The translations under genes and the position numbers were made by a program. From Anthoceros angustus (taxonomy: Eukaryota; Plantae; Anthocerotophyta), in the NCBI GenBank assembly GCA_010909165.1, contig MU008158.1, forward strand, positions 2,071,478 to 2,135,477: 64,000 nt of DNA. The letters are read 5' to 3'. The notes under the pieces were generated by a model that searched no databases, was not told the origin of the DNA, and saw only the letters and a list, made by a program, of their open reading frames with translations. Below, piece by piece: positions 48,701 through 61,594 of the stretch (within the stretch, counting starts at the first letter, position 1; each line of letters begins with the position of its first letter).

Positions 48701-50291
48701 GATTGTGACCTCATGAGATTCGCCTCGGCCCACCGACAAACCCGGCAGGAGAGACGACCAAAGAAGTTTTACAAAGACGCCCGCCCGAGCACCTGCGGCT
48801 AAGGGAGATCGTGCCCGGCCATGTGGAGGAGGCAATCCAACAAATCGACTGGATTTGCCTACTACTACCACGCCGAGCCAAGCGCGTTGAAGCTTCGGCC
48901 CTGTAACCGGACCTGACCCCAAGGCTCGGGAGGGAGGGAAGGGAAGAAGGGCATGGGGTGGGGCGTACCGGGCCTTGGTGGCCTGTTTTGGTGAGGGCGC
49001 AGTGAAGAGGAGCCCCTGTGAGGAGCAAGGTGACACACAATGTAACGGACCTCGAGGTAAGTCCGCTGCAACCAGCTGTGGGGATAAGGATGAGGGCCCC
49101 AAAGAGGTGGGGAGAAACCAACCGACCCAAGCCGTGGAAGGACCCTGAGCGAGGACCCGGCCCCCAACAAAGAGGGCGGTCCGGGACTGGGGTCCGGACT
49201 TGAGGACCGACTGCCCGGTCGACCTTGAGGTCCGAACCTGTGAGGGCTAGACGGGACCGAGGTCCGGACTGGAAATAAGACCGACTCAAGATCGGACCCC
49301 GAGTCGAGACCGACCCCGAGGTCCGGACTCGAGAAGGGAGTCGCCCCACGCGCTCAGGAGGAGCCGCCAACCGGTGGCTTTGGCATGGACCCACCAAGGA
49401 CGGAGAAGAGGATGTGGTGGTTACCGCGGTCCGACCGCCGCAGAGCTCCAACCCATCGATGGTGGTACTCCGGAAGGGAAGGGGTCCCACCGCGATCATC
49501 CGATTGGGTGCGCCGCAACAATCGTGGCAAGGAGTGGGGGCCATCGGTGCCGAGGCGGAACCAAGGGCATCCCCAGCCCGTCACGACAGGGAGATAGGGG
49601 AGGGGCGAAGATGGTAGGCGTCGATTAGGGCACACCGAGGCCACCCTGCAATAGGAGGTAATAAAGGCGCCCGACCTTAAGGAGTATAAGAGAGCCGAGG
49701 TCGCCTAGTAAAGCATCTTTCTTGGTGTTGATGCCGCTTTTTCTTGCAGGTGCCCTTGTGCGGCCTTCTTGCTAGCGTGAGTCCCGAGTCATCGAGCATG
49801 CACGATGCCCGAGAGATCAACAAGGTCCCGGTGACCCTAACGGTGGTGTGGTGTGTGTGGAAGAGCGATCAGGACCCTTGCTCGCTCCAGCCGCCTGGCT
49901 TGACGAATGAATGCGGAGCCTGAGGAACTGAGGGTGTAGTCTTGGACCAGAGGGCCCCGTGAGCGACGAGGAGGTCCGACTGCACACCCAAGCTTTCAAG
50001 GACGATGAGTGTAGTGAGAGGGTGGTGAGAGGAACGGACTAGAGGAACGAGGACGAACTTGAATGATATGGACGCTAACGGGTCCTTAAACGCTTGGCCA
50101 CGCCGAGCCTTAGGTGAACGTTACGGGTAGTTAGTCGAAACGATGAATGTGTGTTGAGTCTCGAACTAAGCATCGCGTGAGGTGAGAAACAATTGAACGC
50201 GGGCAAACCGAGCCTATCATTCTCTTGGGAACGGAATTCTTACTACAACGACACGGGATTGTGCGCGCTGATCGCCGAAAGTCTCGCCACA
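45739..50291 (+). mobile_element. Solo LTR (~4.55 kb), copy within the first duplication unit
   Basis: ATAAG at 45734-45738 and 50292-50296; ends (T)GTGGAC...CGCCACA. Confidence 0.75.
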
Positions 50292-53261
50292 ATAAGCCTT
50301 TTCAAAGTCAAGAAAATGAAATTATGGCGTTTGTGTTGGTTTACCCACCACTTGGCCTCCTAACAAGAAGGATAATCACTAAATATGCAATTGTGCTTGA
50401 TAAACCTCGCTGTTTTCACCAATCCAGCATGCATATGAGGAGCAAGTCCGTTGGCAATGGTCTTGGTTATAATGTTGTACAACAGTATTGAGCAAAGTCG
50501 ATGGGATGCCAATTCAAGATAGAATCGTGGAGCGCTCGGCTTGGGAAGAAGGGTAATGAGGCTCTGCTAACCTTTTCGCCCATCGAACCCCTTTTCACTC
50601 AATATCGCTTAAGAGCCATCATCAAGGGACCCTTGAGGAATTCTATTTTCATACAAGAACTCTTTCTGTGTGTGAACTTCCGTGTCAAGCCGCGAGGTTG
50701 ATTGGAGACGCCTCAAGATCAAACTCGTTCTGCACCGCTCGTCACAAGAAGGCCGGAAGATCTCGGATGGTCGAGAGCGAGTGGCCAAGCTCCACGCCTG
50801 GGTGACGGAAGGCAATGCCGGGGGGTAGGAATTGCCAAGGCCGGCCGAGGCGAAGGCGGGCACGCCTGATGTTTTTCCCGATCCTCCCGACCGCCGCCAC
50901 CTGTGTGTGTCTATTCCACCAAGGAGGGGTCTGTGGCCCAAGGAGGGGTCTGGCCCAAGGAGGGGTCTGGAAGGGGTCCAGTGGGTCCCGTGAGGTGAAA
51001 GGGGAGTGCATTAAGAAGAGAAAGGTTCCCGGGGTAGATGAGTGCGCGAGGGATTGTGAGAGTGTGTGAGGGAAATCAAATGCGAGGGAAGGGAAAAGGG
51101 GAATCGCAGAAATTCCTAGAGGTAGAGGGAGGTGTATATAGGTGTCAGAAGCCCATAGCCCCAAGGTCTGCCAGAGGAGCTGGTGACAAAATAGACTCAC
51201 AAAGGCGCAAGGCCAGGTGGGACCCGCCACTTGAGTCGAATCGCCACCGTGGTGGCCGAATCTACTACGGTGGGTTTGGGTAAGGTAGCCTGAGAGGTGG
51301 GGTAGCGAGACGGGTAGGTCCACAATCCATGATTTAGAACACCTTGACACAAAACTATTCCCTTGGGATCGAATCCTAGGACTATACCCACATAGAGGGT
51401 AAATGGCCCTTTGCGCCTCGGATGCAAAACCCATTCCACAACCCCTAGAATCTTTGCCGGCACGACTACTTTCCGACTTGGTGGAGATCGCAGGTAGAGG
51501 CCTCGATGTGAAAAGTGCTACCAGGGCGAACTCTTCTAGAACATCGCGAGGGAAAGGTGTGTTTCCATGCTCACCGCAAAGACGCAACGAGGCAGGAAGG
51601 GGTTCCTCACGGAGGCTGAGACCTGTGGACGCCGGGGGCCAACTCGATGTCGCATCAGGCATGGCGGCACTCGCGTAACTCCATATTCCTCAACCGCGTG
51701 TTCGAGGCGAGGGACAATCCTGGGCCTGGGACAAGATACATCAAGAAGGGCAAGTCGATCTCTGGGATGAGCGAACTGCGGTGAGGCGCAAGGCGCAGAA
51801 ATGTCGATGCTAACTCGCAGTTTTCATTCTAACCTGCAGCCTTGAGTGCCGTGCACGCTTGGCTACCTCGCGGTACATGGTCCTCGCGACATAGCCCGTG
51901 TGGTCATGCCCGATGACCATAGCCACTATTGCACATGCCCTTGGGAGCCGTGACTCGAGTGCACAAGGTGTGGTAAGATGCGCCGGATCAACTTTCATGA
52001 AAAAGCCTTCAAGGCGATATGAAAGCCCTCGCTACCCGTAGTTGATGGTTGTCTTATCTCTCGTCAAGAAGGTACTTGTGTGTGCGCATCACATGTGGCA
52101 ATCAAGAGGCGGTTGCCTCATCATTGCCGGGACCCCAGTTTTTCCTAAGAGATTTTGCACGCTCGGGACCGGACCATGGCATGGAGGTGAGCATGGTGTG
52201 AAAGGCTAACCGAGGAGCCTTTTAAAAAGTGCTTGCATATTGAGGCCTTGTTGGGGACGGATTCTGTTCAGTGGTGCATGCTTGACGCGAGGCGCTGGCC
52301 AATCAGAACACTGTCCCTTGAGGTGGTGAGTTTTTCTTTCTCCGGCGCTCAAGGGTGTAGGGCGGATGACTTTATCAATGCAACGACTTTTGAGGCCCCA
52401 TCACGATGAGCCGAGGAGCATGTCGCTTCGCGATGGTGGGAGCCGCCTTTTGTTAATAGGAGAAAACAGTGACACCTTCATAACAATCGATCGCGCATTT
52501 TTAAGCGACGGGCGCCAATTGTGGTGTTCGAAGTGCCATTGATGACGGAAGGGCAGCTCCCCATGGCAATGACGTGCAGCAAGACATTGCTACTTCCCTT
52601 GTACGACTTCGAGGACACTATGTGTGCGAGGGTGTTGACTGCCATATCTCACAATACGGTGTATGGCATGGCCTAGCCTAGTTTCCCGAACGATTGTAGG
52701 GAGGTGGCGGGGTTGGTGTGGGATGGGTGATGTGAAGTTGGGTGTGTGCACTTCCATTTTTCGAAATGCACTGCCCTATGGAAATTTCATTGAGGCACGA
52801 TTTTCGTCATACGATTTGATTCAATGCTCCGTTTGGTAGAGGGGCATGTCGGGGCGAAGCCGGTTGTTTGTGCGCAGTCCACGAGCGGTAAATTAATACC
52901 TCCTCTGCGCTCGACTAGGACAACATAACGTCGCATCCACCTGGTTTAATGTCTGGAAGGAGGAGCAATCAAAACGCGCGGGGAAGGTGGCCCCAGCGGC
53001 GGCGCAACAGATTCTGGTCGCCCAAACCGCACGATGCTAGACCTATGCATTTTACAGGGTGAGGGGAAAACTCCATACGCGTCGGCGTTGTGGCGAGACT
53101 CCATCCACAGACGACAGGGTGATTTGTGGAAAGCCGGGAACCATGGCTAGGGCATCGCGGACCACGGCCCCGCCGTTGCCGACGACGCCGAAGGGGGACA
53201 CATCGGACGTCGATATTGCTCAGGCATCGCCAGAGAAAAGGCCACTCAATCACATCATAAG

Positions 53262-56200
53262 TGTGGACCACGGATCCTCCCCGGGGGTAGGGAATGAGTT
53301 AGGTTTTGTTTTTTTTCGTAGGTAGGGAGTGCAAAATAAGGTGGAAAGGAAGAAATAAGCCCCGAACCATCCTGGACTATACTCCGGACGCACTCGAGTA
53401 AGGACCCTGAGTAGGGAAGGACTCAAGCACACTCGGGAGGAGGACCTGACAACGACCGAGTATTGGATAAGTCCGGCCACACCGCCGTAAGGCAGACGGA
53501 TAAGCACGCCAAGCAAAGCAACTTAGAAGTTGGAGCGACGTGATGCATCGGCCACGAGACTCGATCGACCGTGGATCCGGCATGCAGCCGGACTGTGCTG
53601 CAGTGGTTGCTGGGCACAAGTATAGGCGTGTATTCACGCCCGACACGGTTCGGCGAATGAGGCTTAGGAGTACGCGCGTGAAGGACAACGAAGCGGAAGC
53701 GTAAGGTGAGAGAGGCTGCGTAATCCCTCAAGGCCACGCGCTGGCGGACACCTTCGCCTGCCGGGATTTACTACTCCCGACGCCGCAACTCGAGGGAAGA
53801 CCATTTCTTTTGCGACCGCATTGATTTTCAGCCTGCAGCCCGCCTATCCCGCCTCATTCGCTATCTCTCGAGTGCCGCCTTCTCGCCCACCGTGGCTGGA
53901 GCAAGCGAACGGGAGAAGAGGGAGACGCCAAGATTCGCCATCAGCAGCAGCTGAGCAAGAAGAAGGTGATGGGACCCAAGAAGGTCGGGAGGTGTGGGGA
54001 GCCCTGGCGCCTGTGGAGCGCAACATTATCACCCGATACCTAATTTCGACCTTGGGCCGAGGAGGCAGAGGACTTGGGAGAAGTGGCATCTCGACATCTT
54101 CGCCAAGGTGTGGATGCTTGTCAGCCACACCTCGCTGTGGAATATGTTAAAGATGCTGCCGCCAACAAGGAGGTCCGGTCCGCCTCCAAAAAGTTTGAGG
54201 GAGGAGGTGAGGTGGACCGTGAGGTCCCGAGGGCGACAACCGCCCGTAAGAAATTGGGGCGAGTCCCGAGCCTCTCAAGGTGAGGGAAAGGTAGAAGCCG
54301 GCGGCGGCGCTTATATTCAGGACGCAGCTGCCGCTGCAAACGGTCGATGCCGGACTGCCGATGTGACAGACGGGTGAGGGCAAGTACAAGGTCATTGTCC
54401 ATTGACATGTTCACCAAGGTGGATCACCTTGGTGATAATCTTTGGTGTTCCCGCACGCCCCAAACAAACGGCCGGACTGGGGCGATCATCCCGCCCCCGG
54501 ACCACCAAGAGGCCAGAAGCCACGGAGCGAGAAGCTCACGCCTAAGTGTTGTCCCCTTCCTAATCCATGTGTGGGGACACCTCAACCTCCCGGCGAGGGA
54601 GAAGAGGAGCGGCGCTCCGGAAAGGATTGGCGGCCTGGCCAAGGCGTGGGGTGAAGGCACACCCGAGGCGAGGTCCGACCTCCTAAGACCAAACGAGCCC
54701 GGAGGAAGATGGAATGGGAGGGAAATTGACTCCATCCGGCCGGAACGGACCCCCCGCCGCCCGAGAGGTATGGAGGATATCCCCGCCTCCTTCCGTTCCC
54801 GGAGGCGGAGTTGCCCGCACCAAACGGAGCCCCCATGAGGGGGAGCCGACGCTATAACGCTCGCCACCAAGAATCCGCCATAAATAGCCGGATGACGCCT
54901 GGAAACGAAAGGTCAAGAGGGCTGGAAGGTGGCACCCACCAACGGGCACCAAGTGAGCGCACAAGTGCCTCTACCCCACCCACAGTATGGGCAGGAGGCG
55001 GAGGAAGGGCCGTGAGAGCTGGAGAGACGCCTGTGGGCGGGGTCACTAGGCAATGTACATCCGAGCCCATCCTATCTCCGACGGGGAAACGCGCACCCCT
55101 CGCTACCAAGCCCAAAACGAAGACGAAGCGGAGCTTAGCGGCCAAACGGGCTGGCGAGGTAAAAGGGCGGACCAGGCACCCAAGACCCGAGGGTCCCGAT
55201 CGGTCCGAGAGCCGAGTCCCACTCACCCGGATCGCAGGCTCCGCGTCCCGACGGGACCGGGAGATGCCTGGCCTCCCGGATCTCAGTATCTCTCCGGCAA
55301 TGAAGAAACACACGAAGTTTTGGCCACCGCCATGGACAGATTGTTTTGGGGTCTCAAGGGACAGAGAAGACCCAGAGGTGGAGGCAACAAGGAGGCGATG
55401 GTGCTCCTCCAGAGCAGTGTGAGGTGGCCCAGAGGCGAAGAAGGCGAATCCTCGCCGAATCGAGGAGGGAAAACGCTGTGAAGGGGAGGGGAGTCCTATT
55501 CAAGAAGACCGATTAGTCCTTCACCAGCGCGAATAACAACCAGCATGGGGAGGCCCAAGCTCGGCAGTAAGACCTCTCGCAGCGACGTGGGCGCGCAGGG
55601 GAGTTGGAGGAAGCCCGAGAGCAAAGTGAGCTGAGCTGGCCGAGGCGGCTAGGGCAGAACAACGCCTGCCGCAGAGGCTCAGTGAAGGGCGCGGTGAGGC
55701 GGGTTGCCTAAGACCGACCGAGATCACTATCGGGCGGATCGCAACCTGGGTGAGGGAGACGGGCAGATGTTCATGCCAACCTAAAGGCGAATGAGGCAGC
55801 AGAAAGGTGCACGAGCCAAGAGAAGGCGAGGCCAAGAATAAGGAGATAGGAGGATCTCCGGCTCAAATATGGGAGGAACAATCAGGAGATGGAAGACCAG
55901 GAGACCTTGAGCTACAGCCCAAGATGCAATCGAGCGGGCGGCCGGGCCGACCGGATTACGAGCCGGGAGATAGAGCGACCCACCGTCATGCGTAAGAGGG
56001 CATGGCACCATGAGCATACCGTCACGAAATGGAGAGGACGACAAGCGCCGAACGGGCAGAGCCGCCGACCACCGGGGGAGATGGCGAGCTTCAGCCAAAT
56101 GAATCGAGAGCATACCTGGACGGGTAAAAGAAGGCCATCTACCGGTCCGGGCTTGAGGAAGGAAGGCCACACCGGCAGTGAAAGCTGAACTAAACGACGA

Positions 56201-57832
56201 GCCTGAGTAAAGTGAGCAAGAACGAAGGTTGCAGAAGATTGTGACCTCATGAGATTCGCCTCGGCCCACCGACAAACCCGGCAGGAGAGACGACCAAAGA
56301 AGTTTTACAAAGACGCCCGCCCGAGCACCTGCGGCTAAGGGAGATCGTGCCCGGCCATGTGGAGGAGGCAATCCAACAAATCGACTGGATTTTGCCTACT
56401 ACTACCACGCCGAGCCAAGCGCGTTGAAGCTTCGGCCCTGTAACCGGACCTGACCCCAAGGCTCGGGAGGGAGGGAAGGGAAGAAGGGCATGGGGTGGGG
56501 CGTACCGGGGCCTTGGTGGCCTGTTTGGTGAGGGCGCAGTGAAGAGGAGCCCCTGTGAGGAGCAAGGTGACACACAATGTAACGGACCTCGAGGTAAGTC
56601 CGCTGCAACCAGCTGTGGGGATAAGGATGAGGGCCCCAAAGAGGTGGGGAGAAACCAACCGACCCAAGCCGTGGAAGGACCCTGAGCGAGGACCCGGCCC
56701 CCAACAAAGAGGGCGGTCCGGACTGGGGTCCGGACTTGAGGACCGACTGCCCGGTCGACCTTGAGGTCCGAACCTGTGAGGGCTAGACGGGACCGAGGTC
56801 CGGACTGGAAATAAGACCGACTCAAGATCGGACCCCGAGTCGAGACCGACCCGAGGTCCGGACTCGAGAAGGGAGTCGCCCCACGCGCTCAGGAGGAGCC
56901 GCCAACCGGTGGCTTTGGCATGGACCCACCAAGGACGGAGAAGAGGATGTGGTGGTTACCGCGGTCCGACCGCCGCAGAGCTCCAACCCATCGATGGTGG
57001 TACTCCGGAAGGGAAGGGGTCCCACCGCGATCATCCGATTGGGTGCGCCGCAACAATCGTGGCAAGGAGTGGGGCCATCGGTGCCGAGGCGGAACCAAGG
57101 GCATCCCCAGCCCGTCACGACAGGGAGATAGGGGAGGGGCGAAGATGGTAGGCGTCGATTAGGGCACACCGAGGCCACCCTGCAATAGGAGGTAATAAAG
57201 GCGCCGACCTTAAGGAGTATAAGAGAGCCGAGGTCGCCTAGTAAAGCATCTTTCTTGGTGTTGATGCCGCTTTTCTTGCAGGTGCCCTTGTGCGGCCTTC
57301 TTGCTAGCGTGAGTCCCGAGTCATCGAGCATGCACGATGCCCGAGAGATCAACAAGGTCCCGGTGACCCTAACGGTGGTGTGGTGTGTGTGGAAGAGCGA
57401 TCAGGACCCTTGCTCGCTCCAGCCGCCTGGCTTGACGAATGAATGCGGAGCCTGAGGAACTGAGGGTGTAGTCTTGGACCAGAGGGCCCCGTGAGCGACG
57501 AGGAGGTCCGACTGCACACCCAAGCTTTCAAGGACGATGAGTGTAGTGAGAGGGTGGTGAGAGGAACGGACTAGAGGAACGAGGACGAACTTGAATGATA
57601 TGGACGCGAACGGGTCCTTAAACGTTTGGCCACGTCGAGCCTTAGGTGAACGTTACGGGTAGTTAGTCGAAACGATGAATGTGTGTTGAGTCTCGAACTA
57701 AGCATCGCGTGAGGTGAGAAACAATTGAACGCGGGCAAAACCGAGCCTATCATTCTCTTGGGAACGGACCCCTTACTACAACGACACGGGATTGTGCGCG
57801 CCCGACTGGCCGTCAGCGAAAGTCTCGCCACA
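53262..57832 (+). mobile_element. Solo LTR (4571 bp) of a second gypsy-like family, carrying an internal frameshifted ORF
   Basis: TGTGG...CCACA termini; perfect 5-bp TSD ATAAG at 53257-53261 and 57833-57837, inserted in the LINE KAY|D codons. No internal direct repeats or gag/pol. Its 5' end resembles the gypsy LTR start. Confidence 0.8.
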
Positions 57833-60800
57833 ATAAGCCTTTTCAAAGTCAAGAAAAATGAAATTATGGCAGGTTTGTGTTGGTTTACCCACCACTTGGC
57901 CTCCCTAACAAGAAGGATACTGTCAAATATGCAATTGTGCTTGATAAAACCTCGTTGCCTTTCACCAATCCAGCCATGCATATGAGGAGCAAGTCTGTTG
58001 GCAATGGTCTTGGTTATAATGTTGTACAAAGTATTGAGCAAGCTGATGGGATGCCAATTCAAGATAGAATCAGGAGCGTTCGGCTTGGGAAGAAGGGTAA
58101 TGAGGCTCTCGTTAACCTTTTCGCCCATCGAACCCCTTTCACCAATACTGCTAAGAGCCATCATCAAGGGACCCTTGAGGAATTCCCATTTTCATACGAA
58201 GAACTCTTTCAGGATGCCATCAGGGCCAGGGCTTTTGCCGTTGGGCATATCCAACAGAGCTTTCGTGAAATGATCCTCAAGGGACCTTCCTGTTGCTGAT
58301 GTGGCAAAACCTTTGTGGGAAAGCCATTGAAAGCCTGGTTCCATCTCTGGTCCCAATCCGCGGTCTTGCCTTTGCTCACAAAAAGGTGTTTAAAATGTCC
58401 CCCAATCATCCTTTTTCAGTGCAGCTTGTGATGAGTGACGAACCCCTTGAGCATTAGGAAGAGGAGGGATTAGGTTCTTACGTCTGTCGTGTGTGATTTT
58501 GGAGAAGAAGAATTTCCTAGGAAGGTCCCCCTCTTCCGCCCAGTGAACCTTAGCATATTTAAACGAACCCTGGGCAGTCGCTCCTCAAAATAGTCAACCT
58601 AGTGTCTAGCATCCCTAAGAACGGTGGCATCAGCATCTGAAAAAAGATCGGCTTCAGAATCCCTTTGTAAACAGCTGAGCCCTCATTCTCAACTCCTTTT
58701 CAGCTTTACGTTCCTCTTGCTTCACCTCAATCCCCAGTTTCCTGAGGAAAATAGTAGAATGGTATAGGCCTTTTACAAATCATTCCAAGTCCTGCAAGTC
58801 CGGGATGTTGGTTGCATGTTGCATGATAAACTGAACCTTCTCAAAGGTTCCTTCCCTTTAAAGAAGTTCCAAGTTCAATCTGTAGAACTTCTTTCCAGTC
58901 CAAGTTTGAATCGTGCCTGAGTCACTACAAACAAAGTTAAACTGGATAGGAGCATGATCAGATAGAGAGGTGCCGGCCAAAATGCCAAAGAATTGCGTCC
59001 TTGAACGGAAAGAAGAAGGCATATAGAATATGTCTAATCTCTGGACGATTGTGTTCACTTGCTGGTTGGACCAGCTAAAGGATAGGGAACCAACATTCTT
59101 GAGAGTAGGCATAGCTATCCAATGATCCTCCACATTGAATGATGGTCCCGAAGAGCATTCCACTTGCGGGGAAGCTTGAGTATCCCCATCGACATTCCCT
59201 CCCACCTTGTCTTGAATCCTTTAAACAAAATTGAAGTCCCCCGCCAGGATCCAAGGAAGACCTTTATCAAGTAACCTCTTCAACCTCCTAAACACTCTAT
59301 CACATTGATGAGAGCGTGTTGGGGCGTAGATATTGCAAAAGCCGGTTTTTCCACAAGGCAAATCAATGACCACCCACTGAATGCAAGATCGTGGATCAGA
59401 CCCTTCCTCCACAATTTTGTCCTCTAGTAATGGATGAATTGTGAGAGCAAGACCTCCTTTTGATCCCTGTGCAGGGGTCCATAAGGTCTTTCTAGGAATA
59501 TACAGTCCCATGAGACCCAAATTTCTAGTTTTAGCCAAGTCAGTGCCTCCTCTTTGACGTGCGCTAAAAAACGTGGCATACTTAAGTCACGTTTAGGCAT
59601 TCATTTTAGCAAATCTTCAAAAAATGTGTGGGACCAGCACTCCCAAATGAGTTTGAACTTGCGTCCCCAAGGCCATTATTATCCGGTAACACAATCTACA
59701 TTCACAATCGAACCGGATGGAGATTAGCTTTTGCCTCATTTCGTGTTTTATAGCTGGAATGGTATGGACATCTATTTTCACAAGGAATTGTTTTGCCTAA
59801 TTATCTCTGTCTCTAGTGTGCTAAAAAATAGATATTCTCACTCCAACCGGATGCCGCCTTTTATCGTATACCTTACGATAAATCCATGTGATGTGTACCT
59901 TTTCGATTTAATACCAAGGAAGATGCGTCGGCCTAACAGCGCATACCTATGCAAGCGACATGCAATTCTGCATCCAAACGTGTTGTCCAGTATTGGATTG
60001 TGCGCGTGACTTCGAGTTCAGGATTCCCATAACATGGGGTGGTGCGCCGCTTGACCGGCACACCGCGAACGGTCCACTACTATTACAAGTGCGCCGGTCG
60101 ATCGCCAACAACTACTATGAGAAGTGAGCCGGTCGACAAGCAGGGCGCGCGGGTCTCGACCGGCACACCCACCCCAAAGGCCCGGAGATAGCAGGTCGGA
60201 CAGCCCACTTCCAGCCGGAGTGCGCAGTTCGTAGCGGAGAGTGCTTGGCGAAAAGGACAAACATCTAAGGGCTGACTCCGCCTCAACACCGAACTGGAAA
60301 CAACGCCACAATCTGCTTTGAAGGCTGAGGTCTCTGTAGGAGCTCTATTGTGTGTCGTGTCTGCCACCCACAAGATTCTGTAAGCTGCTGCTTACATCCA
60401 ATTTCAGCTGGTCCCACTCCGTGACTCATCGGACTCCTCCCACTCTGGGCACGGGCATGTACGAACGGCGTCTTTGCGGGCTAGAAGTTGCGATCTACAA
60501 CTTCCCCACAAACGCCAGGAAGTCCACATGTGACAAGAAGATTAGAGGGCCAGTGAGCCTTCGTAGCCATATCTTCAGCACTGACCTGACTTTGTCTCAC
60601 ATGCAGTCTTGCGGAAATGCCAAGAAAGCGAGAAGCTACGGAAGACGATGCAACAATTGTCACACATGTGCTGCCGCAATACAGCAGCCGAGAGGCTCTT
60701 TGTTCACAAAGAAACAACAACACAACTCTGCACGCAGGCAAGCCAGCCAGCCATCCAAAATCCTAGCCTGTTTGCCTGTCCTAAGGCCGTGAGCGAGCCC

Positions 60801-60901
60801 AATCCTTTTTCTCCGATCGGGATGCATCTCCTTCAACAAACAATCCATCTCCCAAATCCCCGAGAGCAGCGCAAACCTAGAGCTGAATTCCCTTCGAGCG
60901 C

Positions 60902-61363
60902 ATGCCGGCAACCTCGATTTGCAGCCGGCTGGAGCCCGAGCCGGAGCCTTCCCTGCAGTCACGGAAGCCGCTGGAGTTAACCAAGCTCAACACCGCCACC
61001 AGGCCTGCTCCCCCTACCATCCACCTCCAAGAAGCCAGGTCGCAGGTACTGTACAGCCCCCGCTCCGTCCTGGCCACCTTCAGGCCCCTGCAGTCAGCAA
61101 CAGCGCGCTTGCCACACAGGCAGCGGATGCGCAGCGTGGACACCAGGTCACATCTGTACACCACTTTGGGCCTGTCTGCTTCCACCTTGCGCAAGCCGCA
61201 GTCCGTTCTGGAGCAGAAGTCGGACTCCCCGCTGTGCTTCATCCCGTCCTCCGGCATTGGCATGCTTCACGAGACTCGCATCCCTTGGCTCGGCGCCTTG
61301 GCGTTCCACGACGTCAAATCCTCGAAACTCTCTCTTTCCAGGCCGCGGCTCGAAAAGCGTTGA
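60902..61363 (+). CDS. Possible orphan single-exon ORF (153 aa, S/P/R-rich) upstream of the QC gene
   Basis: ATG-initiated, GC-rich open frame containing YSPRSVL; no family recognised. Confidence 0.25.
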   Translation: MPATSICSRLEPEPEPSLQSRKPLELTKLNTATRPAPPTIHLQEARSQVLYSPRSVLATFRPLQSATARLPHRQRMRSVDTRSHLYTTLGLSASTLRKPQSVLEQKSDSPLCFIPSSGIGMLHETRIPWLGALAFHDVKSSKLSLSRPRLEKR

Positions 61364-61594
61364 AGAAGAAATATGTATTATGGTCAAGCTCGGACGAAGC
61401 CTTGTGTCTTTTCAGGTGAACCTTGCTCACCTCGGTCGCGGTGAAGATGGCGGCAGTAGCAGGCTGATGAGGCCTGAGCTGGATCTGGGAACTGATGTCC
61501 CGGCCATGGATTCTCCACGTTCTCTTGCACGGGACGAGGTTGTGCACGGAACCTCGGCGGGAGCGTGGACGGCGTGACAGTTCGACTGCGGAAT

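Larger units (their letters stand above)
43190..58210 (+). repeat. ~7.5-kb tandem duplication (43190-50655 and 50655-58210)
   Basis: 45900-50100 is nearly identical to 53450-57700. The junction at ~50655 fuses LINE sequence (..gaactctttc, cf. 58201) to LTR sequence (tgtgaacttccg, cf. 43197). Confidence 0.85.
22620..59540 (-). mobile_element. L1-clade LINE (ORF2: APE endonuclease, RT, zf-RVT, C-terminal extension), 5'-truncated and degenerate, split into 22620-25968, 29989-30579, 53211-53261 (duplicate 45691-45738) and 57833-59540 (partial duplicate 50292-50655)
   Basis: EN: GSKGGLA, NIYAP, LAGDFN, RLD, SDH.PI (58860-59540). RT: ITLLPK...W.PISLLN..Y.II.K..ANRL, QRGFI, LDFEKAY|DVIEWPFL, QGCPLAP.LF, ADD. 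Post-RT VAW..L..PK..GGL (25450-25530). zf-RVT C..C.....EHVFF (24263-24330). T-run at 22620-22628 may be the poly(A) tail. Confidence 0.85.

Noticed and set aside
45739-57832. The two 4.6-kb copies as paired LTRs of one element
   Set aside because: Each copy has its own ATAAG TSD and identical LINE flanks, and the spacer is duplicated host DNA rather than gag-pol.
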